A stretch of DNA of 64,000 bases, from positions 22,134,001 to 22,198,000 of the forward strand of contig NC_043021.1 in the NCBI RefSeq assembly GCF_006345805.1, written 5' to 3'. Made by a program: the position numbers and the translations under genes. A model generated the notes under the pieces. The model saw only the letters and a program-made list of their open reading frames with translations. It ran no database searches and was not told the DNA's origin. Positions 26,421 through 38,524 of this stretch are shown here, piece after piece. Position 1 is the first letter of the stretch. Each line of letters begins with the position of its first letter. The stretch comes from Octopus sinensis (lineage: Eukaryota).

Positions 26421-26754
26421 TATATATATATAATCATGAGAATAACACCATGGAAGACGAAATAAAAACAAAGCGTTAACATCAGAATGAGAAAGAGAGA
26501 GAAGAATCTAGAAATGGTTTTTATTACTTTTGAGCTTAAGCTCCTCTTGAGAAAATTTGAGATAAGGCTAAGCGTAGACGAGGGGGGGAAATAAAAACAA
26601 TGAAAGTAATGGAGAAATGTATTTTTGTTTGTGTCAGATCTTGCTGAAAATGGCTCCAGGTTAGAATGACCGGAAGTAATGAGACGGAAAGAGGTTTTAT
26701 ATGTACAAGGAAAATAAGGGATGTTACTGTACGTCAGTATATGTGACTGCATAT

Positions 26755-27142
26755 GTGTCTATGTCCAACAGCTATTAAGATGTGTCTGGTTTGAGTTTGT
26801 GTGTGTTCTGAGTTTGCGTGTGTATGTGTCTATGTCCATGAGCTGTTAAGATGTGTGTTTTTGAGTTTGTGTGTGTATGTGTCTATGTTCACGAGCTAAT
26901 AAAGATGTGTGTGTATGTGTCTATGTCCACGAGCTATTAAGACGTGTGTGTATGTGTCTATGTTCACGAGCTAATAAAGACGTGTCTGGTTTGAGTTTGT
27001 GTGTGTTTTGTGTTTGCGTGTGTATGTGTCTATGTTCATGAGCTGTTAAGACGTGTGTGTTTTGTGTTTGCATGTGTATGTCTATGATCATGAGCTAATA
27101 AAGATGTGTGTGTATGTGTCTATGTTCATGATCTATTAAGAT
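26755..27142. repeat. Minisatellite: 8 copies of a ~27-bp core with variable (GT) spacers
   Basis: Core gtgtctatgt(c/t)ca(c/t)gagct..taaaga(c/t)gt, with a higher-order period of about 200 bp. Confidence 0.85.
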
Positions 27143-27817
27143 GTATGTATGAGTGTGTGTGTATGCGTTTGTGTGTCAGTGTCTTTCACTGTTATTGTGT
27201 TCATTGAGAACTTAGTCTGTATGGCCATGTGTGGAAGTATTTTTACAAAGTATGTGTGAATGTGTGTTTTGGTTCCGTGTGTGTGCTTTGTATGTGGATA
27301 TTTTTGTGTAGATGCATTGTTACAATGTGTATGTGTGTATGTGCATTATATGTATGCGTGTGAGCATGCGCTTAACCCAGTGGTTACCTGTAAAGTAAAT
27401 ATAGCAAGCCTAATAAGGCAAATTAGCTATTGATTAGATTAGCACTAACTGATATATTCAATTAGTGAGCTGTGCATGCAGGTAAAAGATGCAGGTGGGA
27501 CGCATATGTATACACATGAACACACACATACACACGCATGTATATGCACACAAACATGAGATCTGTCATGAGAAGTTTCACATAAACACACACACACACA
27601 CAAATATATATAATATATATATATAATATATATATATTAAATATATATATATATACAAACACATATACCTGAATATATGTGTTTGTGTATGAGAGCTATA
27701 TATATATAATATATATATATAAATATATGCCAGTGTGTGCAAATATACTTACCTATTTCTCTCTCTCTATATATATATATGTGTGTAAGTGTGCGTGTGT
27801 ATGTGGGTGTGTGTGTG

Positions 27818-27865
<48 letters not shown>

Positions 27866-27963
27866 CATGCATATATACTCATTCATGCACACAGAAACCT
27901 GGACATGTAATGAAAGATATACACACAAACTCTTTAACATACATGCATACACATATATAGCCT

Positions 27964-28002
<39 letters not shown>

Positions 28003-28403
28003 ATATATGTATGTATGTATGTATTGTGTGTATGTGCGCATGCACACAAACATAAGATGTGTCAAGAGAAACACACTTTCACATACACATGATAAATTTG
28101 TATTTTTGTGTGTGCGTGTATATATATATATATATATATATTGAGATAGAGAGAGATAGAGAGAGAGAGGTAAAAGCATATACACACACACATGGAAATG
28201 TGTTAAAAGACACACTGACACACTGATACATGCATACATCTATGCATACACATATGAATATACACATGTGTATACATTTAGATATGCTCTCCACACACAC
28301 ACATATATGCAGTTATGTCTAAAACATTTGAAAGGAAGTGATTTGTACTACAACAACAATGGTGGTGGTGGTGGTGGTGGACAGCAGTAGTAGCAGTAGT
28401 GGC

Positions 28404-28434
<31 letters not shown>

Positions 28435-29025
28435 AGAATAGCAAGAGGAAATGTGTTTTTTTAAGATATGTAGCAAAAATATTGTCCAGTAATTTGAAAG
28501 ACGCGGTAGGAAAGAAATACGAAGTAAAATCCCATTAAATTGAAACACCCCATAGTCTATAAAATGGAAAAGCACATTGGCTTATGTATTCCTAGATAGA
28601 TTATGCCTAAAAATGGTATGCAGTGGTCGTAGCTGGAACACTTTAGCTCATAGTTCTGTGACCAGGTGAACTAGGGCACACACAAATATGTGTGTGTGTG
28701 TGTGTAGGTGCAAGTGTGGCATAGATAAAGGTATGGCTGTCTGCTAAGGAGTTTGCCTCCTAACTACATCGTTCTGGGAATCACTCCACTGCCTTTTAAC
28801 CCTAGGAAGCATCAACGTTTCCTGTCGGCCTTGACACATTTCCTGTGTGTTCTTATGTTTACAAGGGGGAGACAAGCACCTCCATCCAGCTAAGCCTGCA
28901 CCCAGAGATCTAGTTTCTGAGTCCTTGCTCGTTATCAGTCTGGAGTAGCCATGGCCTATATGCATATAAATACATACATACATATACATATATTTGAGTA
29001 GTTGAATGAATTATCTTATTAAGGA

Positions 29026-29395
29026 CTAGCAGTATCGCCCGGCGTTGCTCGGGTTTGTAAGGGAAATAACTATAAAGCATTTTTAGAGAGTTATAGCCAA
29101 AAAATGGAAAAAAAATTATGGTAAATTTTTTTTAGTTAAAAAGGTCGAGTTGCGTCCCCTAGACACTCTGTTGTTTGTGTTTTTGATTCTCGACCCCATG
29201 TCGAATTTATCGATTTTTTTCAGAACTGGGGGAACTTTTCAAAATTTTCGCTACGTTAGTTTTGAATTATGACATTGGGCTATGTGTGTGTCAAGTTTCA
29301 TCAGAATCGGTTGAAAGCCGTGGCCAGGGTGAGGGTACAAGCAAACAGACACACAGAAACACGCACAGACAAACTGCCGTTTATATATAGAGAGA
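29026..29395 (-). mobile_element. Complete non-autonomous Helitron
   Basis: Minus strand a|TCTCTCTATATATAAA...CCCGAGCAACGCCGGG CGATACTG CTAG|t. Inserted in AT with no TSD. Confidence 0.85.
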
Positions 29396-29763
29396 TAATT
29401 CGAAAGATAACCGATACCTGGGTAGCAAATTCACATCAGAAAGAACACGGTTCGAAGTTACGTCCCTCAGGCATAGACTACGTGCTTTGTGCGGAAATTT
29501 TATGTTTATTTTAAAATATACATATATATATATATGCATATATATATATATATATGTATGTATCTGTATATATATATATATATATATAATAAATATTAGG
29601 GAATAAATCCAAATTTACAGGGAAAAAATCAGATTTAGGATTAAATCCAATTTTATAGTAAAATATTATATAATATCAATTAGAGACAAAACCACTATTT
29701 TGCAAAACAAACAAGGAAAGACTTAATCAATACATAAAATTTTAATAAAAAGTAAAAAAAACG

Positions 29764-29804
29764 CCACTACAATTGTTTCATGTCTAATGACAATCTTCAG
29801 GTGG
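29764..29804 (-). ncRNA. Intact minimal type-I hammerhead ribozyme
   Basis: CCAC CTGAAGA T TGTC ATTA GACA T GAA ACAATTGT A GTGG: stem I 4 bp, stem II 4 bp, palindromic stem III, GUA cleavage triplet. Confidence 0.8.
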
Positions 29805-30119
29805 ATTTCCGATTTTCAAATCAGTTTCAATTTATGTTTTGCAAAATATATTATATATATATATATATATAATACACAAACATATATAAATGTATACACA
29901 TGTGCACAGACATACACACATACATGCATATATATCTGTGTTTGCGTATGTTTAACATACATGTACAATTTATATAACAAGCAAGTAGAGTCTGTTTGGT
30001 ATTCACCAGGCAGCTGACTGCGATTGTGACTAGAATGGAGGAACTGTGAGTTGCAAGATTACATACTTCAATGCAAAAAGTCCAATATACAGAGATAAGC
30101 CACAAAATCTCGCCTACAT

Positions 30120-30582
30120 TTGCCAGCCTCGCCTGGCCCCCGTGCCAGTGGCACGTAGCACCATCCATTCGTGGCCGTTGCCAGTCTTGCCTGGCTCCCG
30201 TGCCAGTGGCACGTAAAAGATCCATCCGTTCGTGGCCATTGCCAGCCTCACCTGGCCCCCATGCCTGGTGGCACGTAAAAAGCACCATCCGATCGTGGCC
30301 ATTGCCAGCCTCGCCTGGCCCCCGTGCCGGTGGCACGTAAAAAGCACCATCCATCCGTGGCCGTTTGCCAGCTCCGTCTGGCACCTGTGCGGGTGGCACG
30401 TAAAAAGCACCCACTACACTCATGGAGTGGTTGGCGTTAGGAAGGGCATCCAGCTGTAGAAACACTGCCAGATCTGACTGGCCTGGCGCAGCCTTCTGGC
30501 TTCACAGACCCCAGTCAAACCGTCCAACTCATGCTAGCATGGAAAGCGGACGCTAAATGGTGATGATGATGATGATGATGAT
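30120..30582 (+). mobile_element. RTE-tailed element with about 4.5 internal 60-bp repeats
   Basis: Clear tandem units followed by the shared tail and (atg)n. Confidence 0.85.
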
Positions 30583-30596
30583 TCAAAAACTGCAAG

Positions 30597-30897
30597 CAGA
30601 AAGTATTCAGCTTCACCTAATACCGCAGCAGCTAACTACATACATAACTAATTGCCAAAGCATTATATAGTCTTTTACATAAGCATTTCCCACACATGCA
30701 TAAGTACCACAAACTATTAAATAGAAAGACTGTAAAATTATACCACCATTAGCAATATCCAACATACTAGCCGTTAATAAAAACATAATTCTTCACACAA
30801 AACACCAACAAACCAGTGATCAATTGCAGCAATCCAAACAGAAACCTCTTAGAAGAAAATTACTTCATCAAGGATGTCATTTACTAAGCCACAGTTT
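30597..30897 (+). pseudogene. Penelope-like (Naiad-type) RT C-terminus / EN start relic
   Basis: KHFPHMHKYHKLLNRKTVKLY resembles KHFP..HKLHKIFNRNTVK.SY. INCSNPNRNLLEENYFIKDVIY*ATV resembles CNCR...CPL.G.CL...VVY.ATV. Confidence 0.7.
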
Positions 30898-30919
30898 ATA
30901 CTAATTCATACCATGCTAC

Positions 30920-30961
30920 TCCAGTCTGATGACGAGCAACACTCAGAAACTAGTCTCTGGA
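30920..30961 (+). ncRNA. Near-intact minimal hammerhead ribozyme
   Basis: TCCAGT CTGATGA C GAG CAACA CTC A GAA ACTAGT C TCTGGA: canonical core, palindromic ACTAGT, GUC triplet, 5-bp stem I. Lies directly after a PLE relic on the same strand. Confidence 0.8.
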
Positions 30962-30982
30962 TGCAGGCTTAGCTGGGTGAAG

Positions 30983-31213
30983 GCAGTGAGCTGGCAGAAC
31001 CGTTAGCACGCCGGGCGAAATGCGTAGCCGTATTTCATCCGCCGTTACGTTCTGAGTTCAAATTCCGCCGAGGTCGACTTTGCCTTTCATCCTTTCGGGG
31101 TCGATAAATAAAGTACCAGTTACGCACTGGGGGTCGATGTAATCGACTTAATACCTATGTCTGTCCTTGTTTGTCCCCCCTATGTTTAGCCCTTTGTGGG
31201 CAGTAAAGAAATA
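30983..31213 (+). mobile_element. SINE family 2, full length
   Basis: gagctggcagaa...gttcaaattccgccgaggtcgactttgcctttcatcctttcggggtcgataa...gtaaagaaata. Confidence 0.9.
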
Positions 31214-31247
31214 CATATCAATTTACATCAAACTCACAGAAAATACC

Positions 31248-31405
31248 AGGAGTGGCTGTGTGGTAAGTAGTTTGCTTACCAACCACATGGTTCCGGGATC
31301 AGTCCCACTGCGTGGCACCTTGGGCAAGTGTCTTCTAATATAGCCTCGGGCCAGCCAAAGCCTTGTCAGTGGATTTGGTAGACGGAAACTGAATGAAGCC
31401 TGTCG

Positions 31406-31455
<50 letters not shown>

Positions 31456-31670
31456 TTGTGTGTCTGTGTTTATCCCCTCCAACATCGCTTGACAACCGAT
31501 GCTGGTGTGTTTACGTCCCCGTCACTTAGCGGTTCGGCAAAAGAGACCGATAGAATAAGTACTGGGCTTACAAAGAAGTCCCGGGGCGATTTGCTCGACT
31601 AAAGGCGGTGCTCCAGCATGGCCACAGTCAAATGACTGAAACAAGTAAAAGAGTAAAAGAGCAAAAGAGT
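31248..31670 (+). mobile_element. SINE family 1
   Basis: Full structure. Confidence 0.9.
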
Positions 31671-31952
31671 ATATCTGGCCAGATGTATTCTGCCTGTTTT
31701 ATGTTCAAACTGGTGAGATCTGGTCTCTCACACCAACCCTACAATATCATTTAAAATATTAACAACTACCTCATCAAAATCTCAAAGCTACAAGGTAATG
31801 CCTGATTAGTTCAAGGCAATGTGGATAAAAACGGATTAATTTTGGCAGAATAATGCGAACAGTAAAGGGTTAAAAAATAGAAATATGACACCCCTACAGC
31901 AACCAATGGAAAATCATTCTCCAAGACCTATTCCTGCAACAAACTGTTAACT

Positions 31953-32385
31953 ATGCAGCATTCAAACCTTGAAATCATAATCTCCCACCCTAAACGCCTT
32001 ACTTCCTTGGGCATGGACACATTGAAACTCCGACGTCTGGCAGCTGACTTGGCAGACACCCATAAAATTATCAACCATTGTACAAACAATAACTCTGAGC
32101 ACCTTTTCAAACACCACCCGTCTAACACCCGTGGACATATTTACAAAGTCAGAAAACAGCACAGCTCCCATGACTTTAGGAAAAACTTCCATGCTTTCTG
32201 AAATTCACCAACACTACCCCTGATTTCTCCCCTCCATACACACACAAGCATGTATCTGACTCATACACTGTTCGCTCTCCGGACATTTGTACATTACTGC
32301 ATATACTCTATACGCACTTTCAGACAAGTTGTGGAGCACCTGAGCACTGTATACAATAATTTCATTATTATTGTTATTATTATTA
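31953..32385 (+). pseudogene. CR1-clade LINE 3' end
   Basis: RLTSLGMDTLKLRRLAADLADTHKII...SNTRGHIYKVRKQHSSHDFRKNF, then a 3' UTR ending in (att)n. Confidence 0.85.
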
Positions 32386-33615
32386 AATGTAATGACACAC
32401 AGCCTAATAGTGCAGTGTATGGTAATGACACATGGTAGTAATGACACAGAGAAGGATAATAATGAAAGACAGTAATAAAGGAGTATATATTAAAGTAATA
32501 ACATGATCAAAGGCATTCAATTTGTGAAGATTGCATCTTATGTATCTTGAACTTCGTAGCCCAACGAGTACTTCCGTTGTGGGACGGTGTTGTGTGATTC
32601 GAAGGAAAGTGGTTGGTATTTTTAGTTAATCAAATGATTCTGTAGAGGTTCATTTGTAGTGAAGGACTGAGTACGGTAATGACACACAGTACAAAAATGA
32701 CTCACAGTATAGTAATGACAATATAGTAATGATACACACATGATTATAGAAATAGCACAAAGTAGAGTAATGACACATGGTATACTGATGACACACAATA
32801 CAGTCATGAGATACAGTAAAGACACACATTACAATAATGACACACACTACAGAGATGACAGAGTAATGAGACACATTACTGTAATGACAGATAGCACCGT
32901 AATAACACAGATTACAACACAGTAATGATATACAGTACATTAACAATAGACAGCACATCATTGATGCACAGTATTGAAATGATGCACATAAAAGTAATGA
33001 TATACAACACAATATGCAGTACATTAATGACACACATTTCAGTAATAACACACATGACAGTACAGTAGTTACTTACATTACACTAATGACACATAGGACA
33101 GTAATGAGGGATATTATGGTAATGATATGCTATACTATAATGACATGCCATGCCATAATGACACAGAGTACAATACAGTAATGATATAGGGTACATTAAT
33201 GAAGAACAGCACTGTAATAAAATGCATAGCAGTAATGACACACAGTACAATAATGACATGCAGTACAGTAATGACACATATAATGATACACAATACTGTA
33301 ATGACACACATTACTGTAATGACAGACACTACAATAATGACATTGTACAATGACACTGGACAGTAATGATAGGTGTTATGGTAATGACAGACAGCATTGT
33401 AATAACACAGATTACAACATGGAAATGATATGCAGTACGTTAATACAGTGCTGTAATGATACATATTACAGTAATGATTACAGCACAAGAATGATATGCA
33501 GTACATTAATGACATACATTATAGTAATGACATACATTACTATAATGACACACAGTAGAGTAATGAATCGAATTTTAATAATGACACACCATTTCGGCAC
33601 ACTGTACAGTAATGA
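32385..33615. repeat. Degenerate short-period array built on GTAATGACAC(A)
   Basis: Dozens of gtaatgacac / cagtacagtaatg variants across about 1.2 kb. Confidence 0.8.
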
Positions 33616-33750
33616 CACAGAATATGAAAAGAAGGAGTCTGAAGTGAAAACTAGGTCTCTGCCCACACCCTTACCCCATGCCCACTCATTCTATGCAATT
33701 GATAACATTATGGAAATATAATTAATTTTTCATTAATTTCAGCCTTTTAT

Positions 33751-33783
<33 letters not shown>

Positions 33784-33994
33784 TAATCATGTTTATTGTT
33801 TTTTTTAATTTTGTTTTGTCTCTTTTTTAAAACTTAATAATGTCTCACAGACTCATTTCCCATCTCTTACACACACCATACACACATACACACACCACAT
33901 ACACACACCATACACAACACACCACATACACATATACACACCACACACACATACACACACCACACACACATACACACCACACACGACACATATA

Positions 33995-34025
<31 letters not shown>

Positions 34026-34304
34026 CCACATATACATACATATACAAACTATACACATATACACACCACACACACATACACACACCACATACACATACAT
34101 ACACACACCATACACATATACACACGACACACACATACACACCACACACACCACACACGACACACACATACATACACACACCACACACAGAGCACACATA
34201 CTCTCTGTTTATCTTTCTCTATGTCTTTCTATATTCTCTCTCTCTCTCCCCCTCTCTCTCTCCCTCTCACTCTTTATCTATCACTTTCTCTGTATCCTTT
34301 GTTA

Positions 34305-34404
34305 NNNNNNNNNNNNNNNNNNNNNNNNNNNNNNNNNNNNNNNNNNNNNNNNNNNNNNNNNNNNNNNNNNNNNNNNNNNNNNNNNNNNNNNNNNNNNNNN
34401 NNNN
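34305..34404. other. Assembly gap (100 N)
   Basis: Exactly 100 Ns, a typical placeholder for a gap of unknown size. Confidence 0.98.
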
Positions 34405-34479
34405 GGTGGTAGTGATGCGCGAATAATGTGATGAAAAACAGACGATAAATGGCGAATGATGAACAAGCGAAAGATGATA

Positions 34480-35005
34480 ATGGAGGGATGAGGAGGTGGA
34501 GGTGGAGGTGGAGGAGAAGAAAAAGGAAGAGGAGATGAAGATGAAGGAGGAGGAGGAGGAGGATGAAAAGGAGAAAGGGAGCAAGAAAAAGAAACAGGAG
34601 AAATAGAGGAAGGAGACAAAGAGGCGAAGGTGGAGGAGGAGGAAGGGGACAAGAAGAGGAAGAAGAAGGAGTAGAAGAAGAAGAAGAAGAAGAAGAAGAA
34701 GATGGAGGAGGAGAAGAAGAAGATGAAGGAGGAGGAGGGGGAGGCGGAAAAGGAGAAAGGGAGCAAGAAAAAGAAACAGTAGAAATAGAGGAAGGAGACA
34801 AAGAGGCGAAGGTGGAGGAGGAGGAAGGGGACAAGAAGGGGAAGAAGAAGAAGAAGAAGAAGAAGGAGGAGGAAAAAGCGGAAAAGGAGAAAGGGAGCAA
34901 GAAAAAGAAACTGTAGAAATATTGGAAGGAGGAGGAAAGGGCGAAGAAGGAGGAGGAGGAGGAGGAAGGGGACAAGAAGAAGAAGAAGAAGAAGAAGAAG
35001 AAGAA
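34480..35005. repeat. Homopurine (GA-rich) tract with internal ~180-bp duplication
   Basis: aaaaggagaaagggagcaagaaaaagaaac occurs at about 34566, 34748 and 34882. Confidence 0.85.
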
Positions 35006-36059
35006 TATGATATGTATAATTATCCGAGATGTACAGTTGTGTTCTCTCGGGTCGCTTCTCCCTGACCCAGGGATATGTTTATCATGTATTTGTTTACTTA
35101 ATGATTTCAAACGGCCACTTTGGAATCGATAAGCTTTTGTTTTTATCCTATACTGTTGTTGTTATTGTTATTGTTGTTCTTGGTGGTGGTGGTGGTGGTG
35201 TGGTGGTGGTGGTGTAGTGTGATGTGAAGTTGCGTGGCTTAGGGTGTTCGAAGGGCCAACACTGGCGAATTCTCTGTCATCCTAAGTCACCCAGAGAACT
35301 ACGCTCAGCCGGTTTCTGCTTTAATTTCACGTGCAGGCTGTTCTTTATTTCATTATTTCATTTAATTGGCCACAACAGAAAGGAAGCTGCGGGCTGGACA
35401 CAGACACATGATGATATGAATGACAAATGAAATGGTGAAAAATGAGGGCAATAGCAGCGACTACCGTTTGCTGTATACCTGGGCACATTGTTCTTTTATA
35501 AAATATCTGGAGGCAATAAACCTCTAACCAAAACAACATTAAGGAGGCAAATATACCTCTTGCGTGGAATACATACGAAGCTCCTTTGAGGTAATGAACC
35601 TCTTACACAAATCCATTTAGGTATCAAAAATACAATCTTCTTCCCGACCAGTCTTCTCGCCTCATGAAAACACCTGGACGGTTCCAAGTCGGGCCAATTC
35701 AACGTAAATCTTTAGGTATCCTTGGGGAATGAATCCGTTATCCAGAACAGGTCGTTCTCCCTCATGACCTTCGCAGCCACCTGCAAAGGCCGGTCAGGGT
35801 CCTTCGTGCAGGACAGGATCCCCTCCCTTTGGCCCTTCGTTTTGAGCATGCCAACAAAGCGGCGCTCCACTGTCACTCCCTTATGGAAGAGGACCACAAA
35901 TTTCTCCTCCATATCACGGAGGGGATGTTCTGTTGATCGGAACTACTAGAACACTCCTCGTCGAGACCGACGAAGAACCAATTTTCTTTTTGTAGTTTCA
36001 TAGTCTCTTTATTGTTTTATGTGGAGGCGGCAGAGAATAGCAGAATCTTTTATTTTTTA

Positions 36060-36363
36060 CTAGCAGTATCGCTCGGCGTTGCTCGGGTTTGTAAGGGAAA
36101 TAACTATATAAGTATTTTTAGAGAGTTACTTCTCTTATATAATCCGAGCAAAAATCATTAAAAATGCGGGAAAATGATGGTAATTTTTTTAAAAATCGTA
36201 GACTCATCGTAGACGCGCGCTAGTACCCAGAAGGGCTCGATATGAATCACGACTATAAGATACTCGGTTTTGGTTAAACTGCACCGAAAAATGTGGGAGT
36301 AGTTAGGAATCTAAATCGGAGGAGACAGTCTCACACACACAACTTTAATTTTATATATAAAGA
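36060..36363 (-). mobile_element. Complete non-autonomous Helitron
   Basis: TC...hairpin CTAG termini, AT insertion site. Confidence 0.85.
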
Positions 36364-36445
36364 TTTGTCTCAGTTATTAGACTGCTGCCATGCTGGAGCA
36401 GCATAGAATTTTAGTCGAATGAATCGACCCAAATAATTATATAAG

Positions 36446-36742
36446 TGGAGGCACATGGCCTAGTGGTTAGAGCAGCGGACTCTCGGTCGAAGGATCGCGG
36501 GTTCGAATCTCAGAACGGGCGATGTGTGTGTTTATGAGCGAAACACCTGAGCTCCACGCGGCTCCGGCAGAAGATAATGGCGTCGAACTTCTGCTGACTC
36601 TTTAGACAAACTTTCTCTTACTCTTTCCTCCTGCATCTTGCAGCTCACCTGCGATGGACAGACGTCCCTTCAAGGTGGAGAACCTGGGGAACCGGGAAAC
36701 CGGCCCTTATGAGCCAGGCATGTCTCGAGAAGGAACAAACAA
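36446..36742 (+). mobile_element. SINE family 3
   Basis: tRNA-like head, tail ending in aaggaacaaac, flanking caaataat repeat (candidate TSD). Confidence 0.85.
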
Positions 36743-36994
36743 ATAATCTTTTATTGTGGTTTGGTCAAATGTGGTGCGGTGCTTATCATGGTTTGGTTTG
36801 GTTTGGTGGTGTTACTTAGATGTTACGGACATCAGATATTATTAATTGAGTCAATCTAGAAGAGAACGTCATTTATAACGTGAAGACAGAATGAAATCAA
36901 TATTCAGATACGACCAGCGGCGAGCTGACAGAACCGTGAGCACACCAAGGAAATTGCTTAACAGTACTTCGTCCGTCCATACGTTCTGCTGCTA

Positions 36995-37672
36995 GAAGCA
37001 ACTTGATGCGACCCTCAATCATCAGTCTGCCGACCGACGTTGTATGGTGGGGATCATACTGCCATGTGGTGCGTCTTTGTTTTGCGGTGCTTCTCCTCTG
37101 TTCGTCGATTTTTGCGATGGCTGAAACGAAGGAACAGCGTTCTTCCATTTTTTGTTGGGGAAAATGGCGGTCGAAACAGTTGTGATGCTTCAAACAGTTC
37201 GCAAGGACGCTGCCATGAGCAAAACACAAGTTTACGAGTAGTTTTCTTGCTTTATGAGCAATTGACGAACTTGTTGATATGACTGGTGTGTCCAGGAGTC
37301 CCTGCCAACGAATTTTGAGCGGGGATTTGCAAATGAAAAGAGTTGCAGCAAAATTTGTGCCTCGCTTTCTCATGGAAGATCAAAAGCAGTCACGACTGAG
37401 TACGATTTGTGAACTGAAAGAATAGTTGGAAGTTGATCCGCACCATTTTTCGAAGTTCATCAATGGTGATGAAAGCTGGTGTTATGGAATCTGCAGATGT
37501 GGAAGAGATGAAGAAGAAAACGACTTCGCAAACGCTCCAGCATTGCTTCCAACAATGGAAAACGCGTCTGGACCGATGGAGAATAATTCGAAGGCAATAA
37601 AAGTGTAAACATGTAAAACTAGGTGAATAAAATAATATTGTATAATTCCGGTCTCTTTTGGGTACCCCGTCG
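36995..37672 (+). mobile_element. Mariner (irritans-like) deletion derivative
   Basis: MAETKEQR..., MKRVAAKFVPR, INGDESWCYG, LQHCFQQWKTR. Right TIR aattccggtctcttttgggtaccccgtcg|ta. Confidence 0.85.
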
Positions 37673-38433
37673 TATATTACTCAGAATGTATGAAATATGA
37701 GTTAACTGAAAGTCTGGAAACAAGCGCGAATGTTTAGGACAAACTTGAAAGAGAAAGAGTTAATGTCATTGATTCAGTCGTACGAATGCTGTATTTTTAG
37801 CACCGATATATCTGATTTCATTTATCTTCTATACCTATAAAGCTTACGTATAAATCAAATGAAGGTGACTTAACTAGACAGAGATGTGGTAGTGACAATT
37901 TTTGTATAAGTAAACTAGGATGCGACAAACATAATAGATTCTATTTCAAACTAATTCACATTTAGTGCCAGCTCGAGGCATGCGATTGGTCTATTAATAT
38001 CTACAATCAGTGCTCTTATGAGAAAGAAGGTAAAAAAAAGCATTATAAATAAACAGTTCCTTTGAGGGAGATATTTCACCGATGACACTGACATAAGTTA
38101 GACATGGTAACACAAGGAAACTTTGGCATTCTCGATATTATATATATATAGTTCTACATCGATAAAACTTAGATGTATTAGTACAAGTAATTCGTTGTGC
38201 TCCTGATATTATAAATGGTTTTGTATGTAATAATTTTGCAGTTATACTATTTTAGCAACTTAGCAACTCCATGTTTTTTTTTATTTTTATCTCTACTATT
38301 ATATAGAATAACGATGAATTTTAGCTTTTCTTTTTATTATTCTTATATATTTGCTCCGAGATTTCACGTTTCTTTTCTGGCTTCGCTAACTTTTCTAAAC
38401 ATATATAATTATCCATCATCCATTCATCCATCC

Positions 38434-38524
<91 letters not shown>

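Noticed and set aside
26755-27142. CRISPR-like repeat/spacer look
   Set aside because: Spacers are related GT repeats of uneven length, there are no cas genes, and the context is eukaryotic.
34563-34916. Glu/Lys/Gly-rich ORF
   Set aside because: Homopurine repeat next to an assembly gap, with no splice or homology support.
36446-36520. tRNA gene-like sequences (also 9955-10025, 23671-23745, 47445-47515)
   Set aside because: They are SINE heads: each continues into a shared body and tail, and has no complete cloverleaf or terminator.
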